Source: a virus
Direction: 5' to 3' (one strand)
Length of the DNA: 64,000 nucleotides
IMG/VR virus record: IMGVR_UViG_3300022602_000067
Span: 1 to 64,000 of that record
Shown here: in pieces, positions 46,218 to 56,800 of the stretch
How the letters are laid out: each line of letters begins with the position of its first letter
How positions within the stretch are numbered: the first letter of the stretch is position 1
Translations under genes and position numbers: made by a program
Notes under the pieces: generated by a model
The model's database searches: none
What the model was told of the DNA's origin: nothing
Seen by the model: the letters and a program-made list of their open reading frames with translations, nothing else

Positions 46218-47009
46218 TTATCCTATAACCATGGTCATTGGTATTCCACCAGCGGCATTGGTTTCTATTTCTTTTTCTAATTTTTCTATTGTTTCTTTGG
46301 CTTCTGTTATTAACGCAGTACCGTTTAACTGCATGCCACCCGAGCCTGGTCCAGCAATACTAGCAAATTTGCTTCGTGCTTGTCCTAGAATCTGTTTGCT
46401 AACTGCAAGGCTGTAATCACGTAACCATTGTTTAGCATAAGGATCTTGTAATAGCACCCAATCTGGACGGAAGTTGTAGCACTGCACTAGTATCTGCTCA
46501 CCTTGTGCGAAAGGACGTTGTAGAATATTTAGAATATGTGTTGTTGGCTTCCACAAAAATTCTATGTAGGATCCAAACATACGCCCTACTAATTTTTGGT
46601 AACCGGCAAAAGCATCATATGTTGCTAATCCGCCCATCATTGATCCAGACATTAGATACGTATTTGTATATGCCAAGTTAAAGGGTTCAAACAAAGTACC
46701 ACCAGCACCGATACCGCTACGACTGCCGATAGCACGACGGAATACTTGGCGAACTGTAATAACTTCATCGGGTAATCTGTATTCATTTTGATCCTGTATT
46801 AATTCTAAGAACATATAGCTTTCTTCTACACTGTTACTGCTACGCTGACGATAGTAGGTAAGAGCGCGATCTAGTGCTAGTTCCATATGTTGTGGATCTA
46901 ATTCCACATCAACCATACCATCGCCTAGCATGAGTTTAATATATTCAAACACTGCATTACGCTCGATAGTGCTGTTTGATTGGGTTGTTGACGGTAAGGA
47001 ATCGGCCAT
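46218..47009 (-). CDS. gp13: Neck protein gp13-like
   Basis: LGDGMVDVEL, WLRDYSLA..KQILGQARSKF..I.GP.GG.QLNG; start MADSLP after AGGAG. Confidence 0.85.
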   Translation of the reverse strand: MADSLPSTTQSNSTIERNAVFEYIKLMLGDGMVDVELDPQHMELALDRALTYYRQRSSNSVEESYMFLELIQDQNEYRLPDEVITVRQVFRRAIGSRSGIGAGGTLFEPFNLAYTNTYLMSGSMMGGLATYDAFAGYQKLVGRMFGSYIEFLWKPTTHILNILQRPFAQGEQILVQCYNFRPDWVLLQDPYAKQWLRDYSLAVSKQILGQARSKFASIAGPGSGGMQLNGTALITEAKETIEKLEKEIETNAAGGIPMTMVIG

Positions 47010-47097
47010 TTTTTGTTCTCCTACTATATTTAGCTGGCAACAGCTAACGATAAATATCATATGTCATATAATTGCAAAGTTATGTTAGGAGTTTAAC

Positions 47098-48543
47098 GTG
47101 CCCAGACTCTCCCTATACAAACCAGAAAAAGGCAACGATTATTACTTTATTGATCGCCAAGCCAACGAAATGTTCACCCTGGGTGGAACAGATGTGTATC
47201 TGCACAAATATCTAGGTGCAAATACATCGGCCGAAAATGCCACTGCTGATCAGCCTAATTACGTCAGCAATCAGGTTGCTAACATTCAAGATTTGCTATT
47301 TTTAGAAAATCGAGACGGCACCTACGATACAACAATTTACAAATTACGCGGTATCTACAACGTACAGAATATTGATTTTAATATCAGTCAATTTGGACTG
47401 TTTATTGATAACGATACACTCTATATGACTGTGCATATCAATAATTTTATTAGACTAGTGGGTCGTAAACCTATTAGCGGAGATGTTATAGAACTGCCGC
47501 ATCTACGAGAAAATTTTGCACTTAATGACTTATCAATTGGCCTGCCAAGATATTATGTTATTGAAGATGTAGGTCGTGCATCAGAAGGATTTAGCGTCAC
47601 TTGGTATCCTCATTTGTATAGATTAAAAATTAAAAAAATAGTTGATAGCCAGAAATTTGCCAGTATCTTTAATCAGACGGCGCTGGATGCTAATGGAGAT
47701 CCTACTAACTTGACTCTTAGAGATCTTCTGAGTACCTATAATAAAGAGTTGTCAATTAATAATCAAGTTGTTGCGCAGGCAGAAGCAGATGCTCCTAAAA
47801 GCGGTTACGAAACACGTCAATACTATACACTAGCGGTAGATCCTGCTACGGGTAAACCATTGCTTGAAACTACTGATACTGATAATGTATTGGCTAGCGA
47901 TACCAGTGAACGAGCTAGCGGAGTAAATGCTGTTCCCCAGCGTAGTGGTTATACAGGATATCTCTTAGGAGATGGATTTCCTGTTAATGGCTACGAATTT
48001 GGATTTGGTATACAGTTTCCGGAAAATCCTGTAAACAACGATTTCTTCCTACGTGTAGATATGCTACCCAATCGACTCTACAGATATGAAAGCTCGGGTA
48101 GTATATGGGTGGCTGTTGAAGATTCAGTAAGGATGACCATGACTCAAACAGATACTAGAGCAACACAAAAAACTGGATTTATTAACAATGATAATTACAC
48201 ATATTTTGATGCAGTTACAGCTGATTATGTTACCCTAGCACAAGGTGCAACGACTGTACCTACGATTATTCCTCCCGGAACAGTTGGACTATATCTAGTA
48301 TTAAAATACGAAGTGGCTATGCTACAATTCGTTGTAGCAGATAATCCAAACTTGCTAACTACATATCAATATGTTAATCCAGCCGGTATGACCAGTACTA
48401 TGACCCAGATAAATTTGCCAGTTACTAACGGAGTACAAACTACAATTCCATATGCAGGTCAATGGACTGTAACATTCTATAATGATAGAATAAACGAGCG
48501 ACAAAGTCTTAGCAAGGCACTTAAACCAAGGGCAGATCTATAA
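47098..48543 (+). CDS. gp14: Neck/head-closure protein gp14-like
   Basis: GGTDVYLHKY, SQFGL, PISGDVIELPHL; divergent from gp13 and upstream of gp15. Confidence 0.7.
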   Translation: MPRLSLYKPEKGNDYYFIDRQANEMFTLGGTDVYLHKYLGANTSAENATADQPNYVSNQVANIQDLLFLENRDGTYDTTIYKLRGIYNVQNIDFNISQFGLFIDNDTLYMTVHINNFIRLVGRKPISGDVIELPHLRENFALNDLSIGLPRYYVIEDVGRASEGFSVTWYPHLYRLKIKKIVDSQKFASIFNQTALDANGDPTNLTLRDLLSTYNKELSINNQVVAQAEADAPKSGYETRQYYTLAVDPATGKPLLETTDTDNVLASDTSERASGVNAVPQRSGYTGYLLGDGFPVNGYEFGFGIQFPENPVNNDFFLRVDMLPNRLYRYESSGSIWVAVEDSVRMTMTQTDTRATQKTGFINNDNYTYFDAVTADYVTLAQGATTVPTIIPPGTVGLYLVLKYEVAMLQFVVADNPNLLTTYQYVNPAGMTSTMTQINLPVTNGVQTTIPYAGQWTVTFYNDRINERQSLSKALKPRADL

Positions 48544-49994
48544 TGGAATTTTTTTATGATGGTCAAGTAAGACGTTATATTACACAGACTATTCGCGTGT
48601 TCAGTAACTTTTTAGTGAAATACGGTGATGGTACGCTGGTTAGAATTCCTGTCATGTATGGCGATGTTGACAGGCAAGTAGCTAATATTATCGCTCAAAA
48701 TAGCTCAGGCAATGCGGTAAGCAATGTTCCTAGGATTGCTGTATATGTAACTTCACTAGCCCTAGACCGAGATCGGTTAGCAGATGCTACCTACGTAGGC
48801 AAAGTTAATATTAGAGAGCGTGATGTAACTGGCGCAAGCTATAACAATGCACAGGGTCGACAATACACTGTAGAGAGATTAATGCCTACCCCATTCAAAC
48901 TTACTATGAAAGTTGATATATGGAGTTCTAGCACCGAACAAAAACTACAGATCCTTGAACAGATATTAGTATTATTCAATCCCAGTTTAGAACTACAGAC
49001 AAATGATAATTATCTTGATTGGACCAGTCTTACAGTTCTTAATCTTAATGACATAACATGGGACAGCAAAACAGTCCCGGTAGGAAACGATACACCCATT
49101 TCTATAGCTAGTCTAACAGTAGATACACCTATATGGATCAATCCTCCCGCCAAGGTCAAGCATCTCGGAGTTATTACAAAAATTATTACCAGCTTGTATG
49201 GATCATCTTCTACGACTGGAAACTATATAGAAGGACTAGGCAGTGATCCGTTAGCAGGCACTACATCTCTAACTGATTTTATCGACTTAACTGTTACTAC
49301 TGTTGGGCAAAATAGCATTGAAGTATACGGAAACACGGTAATTCTACTAAATCCTCATGAAAGCGTATTACCTAACGAGCCTACTATGGATCCCGCTCCA
49401 ACTCGCCAGGGTGCGCCTTTGAGTTGGTTACAGTTTTTTGCTAGCAGTGGCGGTAAATATGTAGCAGGTAGCAGTATGATTTATCTACTTCAACCTAATG
49501 GGTCTTATGTAGTGGGCACATTTGCTGTAAACCCTTTAGATGATACTAGTCTAACCGTAAGTTGGAATCCGGATACATTGACTACAAACACTGGTATCGA
49601 TAGTGCAGGTATAATTGAAGGCGCAGTAGGATATAATGGAAATGGAAGTTATAGATCTAATAGTCCTGGTACGTTTGATGCTATAATTAATCCGTTAACA
49701 TACGTTCCACAGAATGTAGTAGCAGGTACACGTTATCTTATTATTGAAGATATAGGTAATGTTAGCAATGTAACTCCTGCGGCGGCGTGGGGTAGCCTTG
49801 TAGCACATGCCAATGACATTATCGAATGGACCGGAACAGCATGGCATGTTATTTTCAATTCTAGTCAAGAAACTACTACAATGATGTGGCAAACTAATAT
49901 ATACACTGGAGTTCAGTACTTGTGGAATGGGGTTTCATGGGTCAAGAGCTACGAAGGTGAATATAGTCCGGACAAATGGAAAATAGTACTATAA
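48543..49994 (+). CDS. gp15: Tail sheath stabiliser/terminator gp15-like
   Basis: FFYDGQVRRY..F, IPVMYG, PRIAV, P.PF, QILEQILVLFNP. Confidence 0.8.
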   Translation: MEFFYDGQVRRYITQTIRVFSNFLVKYGDGTLVRIPVMYGDVDRQVANIIAQNSSGNAVSNVPRIAVYVTSLALDRDRLADATYVGKVNIRERDVTGASYNNAQGRQYTVERLMPTPFKLTMKVDIWSSSTEQKLQILEQILVLFNPSLELQTNDNYLDWTSLTVLNLNDITWDSKTVPVGNDTPISIASLTVDTPIWINPPAKVKHLGVITKIITSLYGSSSTTGNYIEGLGSDPLAGTTSLTDFIDLTVTTVGQNSIEVYGNTVILLNPHESVLPNEPTMDPAPTRQGAPLSWLQFFASSGGKYVAGSSMIYLLQPNGSYVVGTFAVNPLDDTSLTVSWNPDTLTTNTGIDSAGIIEGAVGYNGNGSYRSNSPGTFDAIINPLTYVPQNVVAGTRYLIIEDIGNVSNVTPAAAWGSLVAHANDIIEWTGTAWHVIFNSSQETTTMMWQTNIYTGVQYLWNGVSWVKSYEGEYSPDKWKIVL

Positions 49995-50425
49995 AAGAAC
50001 AAATAGTATGTAGCGGTGCATTATTTTATGCTAAATCTACAAGTCGTTTCTTACTACTACAAAAAGCTCATGGAAAACACGAAGGCACATGGGGACTAGT
50101 AGGAGGTACGAATGTTACAGGTGAAACACCTTGGCAGGGATTACAGCGCGAAATTCAAGAAGAAATTGGCTGTATTCCTGAAATAATCAAGACGATTCCT
50201 TTAGAAACATTTGTATCAAATGATCGCGTGTTTAACTTTCACACTTATCTTTGTGTCATAGAACAAGAATTTGTTCCTGTGCTTAGTGATGAACACTATG
50301 GATGGGCATGGGCTACTGTGGACCGCGCACCTAAACCTTTGCATCAAGGACTACGTAATAGTTTTAGTTCAAAGACTATTCGTACAAAACTTCAAACAGT
50401 CTTTGATGTAGTTGATTTAATGTAA
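49976..50425 (+). CDS. NUDIX hydrolase
   Basis: WGLVGG....GETPWQGLQREIQEEIG Nudix box; SDEH. Confidence 0.9.
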   Translation: MENSTIKEQIVCSGALFYAKSTSRFLLLQKAHGKHEGTWGLVGGTNVTGETPWQGLQREIQEEIGCIPEIIKTIPLETFVSNDRVFNFHTYLCVIEQEFVPVLSDEHYGWAWATVDRAPKPLHQGLRNSFSSKTIRTKLQTVFDVVDLM

Positions 50426-50884
50426 TGTAGGTTTGTCGTCACCAAATTGATCCATTCCGGCATCTTCCAACTCGTCTTCGATATCTTCAAGATCCTCATC
50501 ACCTAGAGCTTCGGCAACATTTTCGGGCTCAAATGTTTTATGTCCGTCCGCTTCAGGATCTACTTCAAATGTGACAAATCGAATAAAATGAAAGAAAAAA
50601 TCCTTTAATTCTTGAACGTCATCATCTGTAGCATCAGTTATGCCATTATATTCAATAAATTCACGAACTTTATTATCTAACAGTACAGATTTAACTTGTG
50701 GGAAAAACCAAGTGAAGTGTTTTTCATTTTTATAAATTACATGAACACCAACCTTTGCTAATTCTTCAGGGTCTTCGATTTTTTCTTCAGGTCCAAACCA
50801 TTCAGCCGCCCAGGCTGTACTGAGGCCGCCTGCGTCGTCGGCTTCTTCTTTCCAATCTTCGATGGTAATATTATCGTTGTTCAT
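50417..50884 (-). CDS. Highly acidic hypothetical protein
   Basis: GGAG SD, TAAATA box; D/E-rich. Confidence 0.75.
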   Translation of the reverse strand: MNNDNITIEDWKEEADDAGGLSTAWAAEWFGPEEKIEDPEELAKVGVHVIYKNEKHFTWFFPQVKSVLLDNKVREFIEYNGITDATDDDVQELKDFFFHFIRFVTFEVDPEADGHKTFEPENVAEALGDEDLEDIEDELEDAGMDQFGDDKPTLH

Positions 50885-50953
50885 GTATTCTCCAGTAGTG
50901 CAGTTATTTAATTCTATCTAAACTAAGTACATTACAAAACTGAAGGAACTGCT

Positions 50954-51259
50954 ATGTTTTCAAGGATACAAGATTTAGATAGATACAAAGCTGATTGTAC
51001 ACGATTTACCTTAGGAATACAAGGACAATCGGGCGAAATTGCAGAAGAAGGTCAACAATTATTTGAAACTCTTAAATCTGCTGTTGTAGATTTTGATAAT
51101 ACCACTATGGGACTAATTAAAAAACAAGAAAGTGGAGCACATTTGGATCATGTTAGTGCGCAAGAATATGTACACCGAGCAAAAACCAATATGGAAACGT
51201 GGATGATGCGATATGCTCCTAACACTCACGTGGAAGTCTTGCCAGAAACGGCTAAATAA
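50954..51259 (+). CDS. Hypothetical protein
   Basis: TAAGTA box, AAGGA SD. Confidence 0.75.
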   Translation: MFSRIQDLDRYKADCTRFTLGIQGQSGEIAEEGQQLFETLKSAVVDFDNTTMGLIKKQESGAHLDHVSAQEYVHRAKTNMETWMMRYAPNTHVEVLPETAK

Positions 51260-51282
51260 TAGCAATAAGCGGAGATTCTCAC

Positions 51283-53772
51283 ATGGCTATTCAAACACAA
51301 ACCGGTGCCAGCAATGCAAACGTTCTAGGAGCAGGTCTTCCTGTTGTGGGCGGGGACCAACAAGGCGCAAATTTAATCATAAGATCCAACAGCACACCAG
51401 TCAAGGGTGCGGTTATATTTGACGAACTTACACCAAGTTTTGGGCCCAATAGTGGTGCAATTCAGACTAACGGTGGTGTTGGTGTACTGAACAATGTAAG
51501 CGTAGGCGGGCAATTTATTAACATGCCCAACGGTTACAGTGTAAACAATGTTATGATTCCACCAGGTCAAGGTGGTGATTATAGAGGGTACTTTGGCCTA
51601 GTAGGTTGTGTATCAGGAACACAATCTGGTACTGTGGTTACAGTAACATTTGCTACTCAAACAGTACCTCCATTTTATATCGGTCAAACTGTTACAATAG
51701 CCGCTGCCGCTCCTTCCGCATATAATTCCCCATGGGTGGTTACCAGTTGCAGTACTAGTACTTTTACTTTCACAGCTAACGCAAGCTCTGTTGGTACTAT
51801 GACCACACTAGGATATGCTTATGCAGTATTAGGCGGTGGTTCTACTAGCCCTGCTATAACTTTCCAGAATAATACAAATACTCAAACTTTACAAAATAAC
51901 ATTAACGATATTGCGTATGCAGTTGCTAATACCAACGTTCAAACATTTGTAATTACAGCAGTAACTACTGGTACAATAACTTTTGCCAACGGTACTGGTA
52001 ATATTCCTCCATTTATTGTAGGACAATATTTCCTAGTTAGTAACTTAACTCCAACTGGTTACAACGGTTGGTGGCTATGTACTGCTAGTACAACTACTAC
52101 AGTAAGTGCTACAATGGGCGGTTCAGGTGCAAGTGGCTTTGTTGCTGGTGCAGGAACTGTTAGTTGCGGATACGTGGTTGGCACTAGCATTATTAATCCT
52201 GGAAGCGGTTATACACAACCTCCACAGATTACATTTGCTGAACCCACTACAACTGCTAGTTCTTTGTGGTTTGCTAATATGCAGGGACAGCTTGCTCCTG
52301 CTGCCATTCCGCAAACTATTACATTAAACGGATTTACAACTATCGGTGCCGTAAGCACAGTAGTAACTCCTAGTATTACAAACATCAACGGTCAAACTGT
52401 TACTGTTTCATCGTCTAGCACTTTATATCCAGGACAACCAGTTCTAATCAGCGGCTTGACAGCTGGTCAAAGTGCTACAACAGGCATGTATAATCAATTA
52501 TACTATGTAGTGGGCTATCCAGGTCCAGGTACAACAGTTAACCTTGCTATTAATCCAACCAACGCATTGTGGGGTATTATTATAACATTTACAGGCGGTA
52601 GTCAAAGTGTTTCAGCTACAATGACTAGTCAGATTACACAAGCTATGAGCAACGGTTTCGCTTACTTTGGTTGGAGTTCGATAGGATCAGGTACTCCATT
52701 TTTCCCAGGACAATTGATTAATATTTCTGGTACTAATGCTAACGGTAGTATTCCTAACTTCTACAACCAAACATGGCAGGTTTACTATGCTACAAACACC
52801 CAAGTATGGATCCAAACAACTTATACACAAAGTTTGAGTGCTAACCAAGGAACGATAACTACGCAAGGCACTAACGTGCCACAGATGTTTATCAGAGCTC
52901 CTCAGACCAGCAGTCCTTATGCAATCTACTACTATCAAGTAACTTATCCTGGTTATCTAAGCTCTACAGTGCCAAGTCATACATATGGTCTTCAGATCAA
53001 CGGATCTGCCGGATTGTTGTATGTAGGACAAGTAGCACAAGGATATCCTGTTCTAGGCTATAGCGGTATAATTACCCAAGGTGCAGTACATCAAGTTGGC
53101 TGTGTAGTTAATATTGTCATTACTAATGCCGGTAGTGGTTACACTGGAGTAAGTGCTCCCGTAGTATTATTAAGCCGCCCAGATGTGCCAGGTGGCCGTC
53201 AAGCCCAGGCAATTTGTACAGTATCTAGTGGTGCAATTACTACAATACAAGTAACAGACCAAGGTTCCGGTTATTTGAATCCACCATCTGTTACATTTAT
53301 ATCAGCTGGTAGTACTGGAACAGGAGCTACAGCAGTTGCAGTGATTGGAAATCCTGGTGAAAAACCAATTGTAAGTTCTATGCCAATAGCTACAATACCG
53401 GCAAACACATACGTTCTAGACTTTGGTTTAACCGGACACAACGTGGTATTTTTGAATACAGGTACTAACTCTACAGTGTATTTTGATAACTTAGCTAACA
53501 GCGGTGGTACTCCATATTCTAAGGGATTTCCGTTAGGACGTAGAGTTATTATGTATGTTAAAAATACATCAGGCTCGTCAATCACAATTACATTTAGTAA
53601 CTTGCTAAGTGCTAATGCCGGAAGTACTGGTAATGCTCCTGTAATTACAGCTAACCACATACTTAAAGCAGAATTTATTGTTCTAAGTCAGGGTAATTCA
53701 TTTAATCAATCTGGTGCTAGTTATGCTGGTGGAAGTGTTAATGATGTGTATGCTACATTTACACTAACCTAA
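51283..53772 (+). CDS. Virion structural/fibre protein with repeated beta modules
   Basis: PF..GQ...I....YN..W.V modules and ITN.GSGY...P modules. Confidence 0.75.
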   Translation: MAIQTQTGASNANVLGAGLPVVGGDQQGANLIIRSNSTPVKGAVIFDELTPSFGPNSGAIQTNGGVGVLNNVSVGGQFINMPNGYSVNNVMIPPGQGGDYRGYFGLVGCVSGTQSGTVVTVTFATQTVPPFYIGQTVTIAAAAPSAYNSPWVVTSCSTSTFTFTANASSVGTMTTLGYAYAVLGGGSTSPAITFQNNTNTQTLQNNINDIAYAVANTNVQTFVITAVTTGTITFANGTGNIPPFIVGQYFLVSNLTPTGYNGWWLCTASTTTTVSATMGGSGASGFVAGAGTVSCGYVVGTSIINPGSGYTQPPQITFAEPTTTASSLWFANMQGQLAPAAIPQTITLNGFTTIGAVSTVVTPSITNINGQTVTVSSSSTLYPGQPVLISGLTAGQSATTGMYNQLYYVVGYPGPGTTVNLAINPTNALWGIIITFTGGSQSVSATMTSQITQAMSNGFAYFGWSSIGSGTPFFPGQLINISGTNANGSIPNFYNQTWQVYYATNTQVWIQTTYTQSLSANQGTITTQGTNVPQMFIRAPQTSSPYAIYYYQVTYPGYLSSTVPSHTYGLQINGSAGLLYVGQVAQGYPVLGYSGIITQGAVHQVGCVVNIVITNAGSGYTGVSAPVVLLSRPDVPGGRQAQAICTVSSGAITTIQVTDQGSGYLNPPSVTFISAGSTGTGATAVAVIGNPGEKPIVSSMPIATIPANTYVLDFGLTGHNVVFLNTGTNSTVYFDNLANSGGTPYSKGFPLGRRVIMYVKNTSGSSITITFSNLLSANAGSTGNAPVITANHILKAEFIVLSQGNSFNQSGASYAGGSVNDVYATFTLT

Positions 53773-53788
53773 TATCAATAAACTAAAC

Positions 53789-53814
53789 AAAAACCCGCCT
53801 TAGGCGGGTTTTTT
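53789..53814 (+). terminator. Rho-independent terminator
   Basis: AAAAACCCGCC-TTA-GGCGGGTTTTTT. Confidence 0.85.
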
Positions 53815-53853
53815 GTTGACTTAAATTTACTTTGGTATAGATCGTAGAGTCAC

Positions 53854-53878
53854 AAAAAAAGCACCTTGCGGTGCTTTT
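53854..53878 (-). terminator. Rho-independent terminator (convergent)
   Basis: Minus strand AAAAGCACC-GCAA-GGTGCTTTTTTT. Confidence 0.85.
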
Positions 53879-53895
53879 CTTGTATAAGCGTAGTA

Positions 53896-56800
53896 TTACG
53901 CTTGTGCTTCTGTCCATGAAATACGACTGAAGATCTGGTTAGCATACTGAGTGCTTAGGTTAGTAGCAAACACAGTGATAACGTCTGGACCGTCTGGGAA
54001 CACGCCGTCACCACCATATACGCTGTTACCTAGATCCTTAACAACTGTTAAGTCTGCGCTAGTATCAGTAAAGAATGTACCACCTGATGCGTTAGCGTAG
54101 AAAGCAACAACAATATCACCACCAGTTACGATATCACTTGGGTTGTGATAGATAACCTGACTTAATGAACCTGAACCAACAACGTTAGCTGTCCATAGTG
54201 CAGGAGTAAACACTGTACTTGCACAGTTATACTTGACTGTTACCAAGAATGGTCCAGCGTTGAATACGTCCATCTGATACAAGTTTGCCTGCATACGCAT
54301 AATAATATCACGTACACCAAAGTTACGAGCAAAACCGTTTGAAGCACTTGGGCTAACACGGATACTAATCAACGGACTAGTCTGGTTAGGCTGTACAACT
54401 GCGGCTGTTGAACGTGGTGTAGTAAACACGTATGATTTATCGCTATCGTAACGTCCGTCCATAATACATGAAACACCCCAGTGTTGTACGTTTGGAGCCA
54501 ACATTATTGTTGTGTTCCATACGTTTGACAATGGATTACCTGAGTTATTGTAGTTATAGTGAACGCTTGCTGTTGAAATACCACGGTTAACAATGTTAAT
54601 CACCATCGATCCACTGCTAGTTGCTAGTGTATCAACATAGATTGTTGTACCGCTGAAACCAATAATACGAACGTTTAGATATCCAAAGTTAGTTACACCT
54701 TGTATAACCATACCAATAGCAATATTACTGGTATAACCAGCTGTTACGTTGGTAATTTGGTTTGTACCGATTAGTGTAGTACCCGAAACTGCGTTACCTG
54801 TGTTGATATAGCTAACTGCTGTCGATTCACGGAATGCACCAGTTAGTTGGTTAGCACCAATAATAACTGTAGGAGCACTAGTATATCCATAACCACCGTT
54901 AGTTACTACTACGCTTGTTACAGAACCGTTAACTACGATTGCCTTAGCAATACAACCTGCTCCACCACCACCAGCGATTGTTACTGGAGGGCTACTTGTG
55001 TAACCAAGTCCACCGCTAGTAATAGCTATCGATTGTACAGAACCGTTTGCAACAGATACTGTACCAACTGTAGCTACTGCTGTCAGACCGTTTACGCCGG
55101 TTGCCCAAGGAGCCGCAGTACTTTGAGCACCGTATGGATAAGCGATGTTCTGAGTCACAGCATCTGGATTTCCAGTTGTAGACTGTGTAGTAGTTGCGGC
55201 AACGCCTGTGTAGTAGAAAATCTCACCGTCGATATTAACTTCACCATGAGTTGATTGGTTCAACGCTTGTGTACTTGGAATAAAGAAACGACTTGCATCA
55301 TACACGTTGATAGTTCCAAATGTTGGACTTGCGCTCATCACATAACCAGTTGCATTGATTTGAGTTGTTAATGGGCTACGAGCACCTGTATTAACAACTT
55401 CAAAACGACCTGGTAGGTTACCTGAGCGTTGGAAGGCCAAGTATTCACGGTTACCGTGTTGTACTTTGTGTGCATATTGAATGTCACCGTTGATTGTACG
55501 AGCACCCCAACGGATGAAACCTGCTCCATACCAGCTGTAGTCGATATAGATCATCTGGATCTTTGTAAGATCCATGTTAAATCCTGAAGGACCTGTACCG
55601 TCGAATGAATCTAGGTTAAATTGGTATTGTGGAACACGTAGTTCACGCACATGATATTTCTTAACAGCAACATCTTCACCAAACATCTTAGTAGTACCGT
55701 ACACACTGATCACAGTTGATGCAGATACAGTTGCGGCTGTTTGATATGTTAGTGTAGTTGATGTAATAGCAGTAACTGGCCACATACCGTTAGCGTTGGT
55801 TGATGTTGCGCCTGTTACAAATATACGTGAGCCAAACACGATGTTTACGCCTGAGCTAATACCGCTACCTGTTAGACCTTGTGTAGTAGTAAACGGTGTA
55901 TACAACTGGACTACGTTAGTGCTTGTATTAATTCCAATAACAAACGTGTTAATTGGAATGTTAGTATTGGCTGTTGTAGTTACAAAGCTACCAATCTGGA
56001 TGCCGTTAACGTTGTTCATTGTTAAGAATGTACTACTTGCTGAACTTGAACTGCTTGTCTGGATTGTAATCGCATACAAACTCAAGTTAGGAGCAAATGT
56101 CAATGTAGTACTATTAGACACAGAAGTTGTAATACCTGTGTTAAGAATAACACCTGTACCTGCCGCTGCCAAACCAGCAACAACCGCGTTTCCTGGAACA
56201 CCAGTACCAGTAATGGTCATACCAGGACTAATACCATATGTTGTGTTTAGAGCGATAACGTTGGTAGTTGTTGTGTATAAGCTAGCCGCTGTATAACCTG
56301 GAACAGTACCAATTAACAATGTAGTGGTAGTTGTTGTTGCAGTCAACCCTTGGTTGATGTACAACTGGATAGTAATTGTTGCGCCTGAGCTGTTGGCTGT
56401 GTTAGTGAATGAACTTACCTGTGTACCGTTTGGAACAATACCTTGTGCCATTGTACCGGCGATAACGTTCATACCAGATGCTGGACTGTAGAAGAAGTCG
56501 ATTGTACTACCACTTGCTACACCACTTAGCATACCCTGTGTCAATGGAATTACTGTTGCGCTTGAGCCTGGAATATAAGTTGAGCTGACAAAAGTTCCGC
56601 TAGGTGTTGAACCAGCCGCTGTACAAATAACCAACATACCTGGAACAATCGCACCGCTGTTAGTACTTGTAACTGTTACAGAAGTTGCGTTAGCTAAAGC
56701 AGATGCACTTAATGTAGTACTCCAAGTTCTTGAAATTGTACCTGCGATCTGATATGCACCTGCTACACCGATACCGCCTGTACCAGCTGTACCTGTACCA

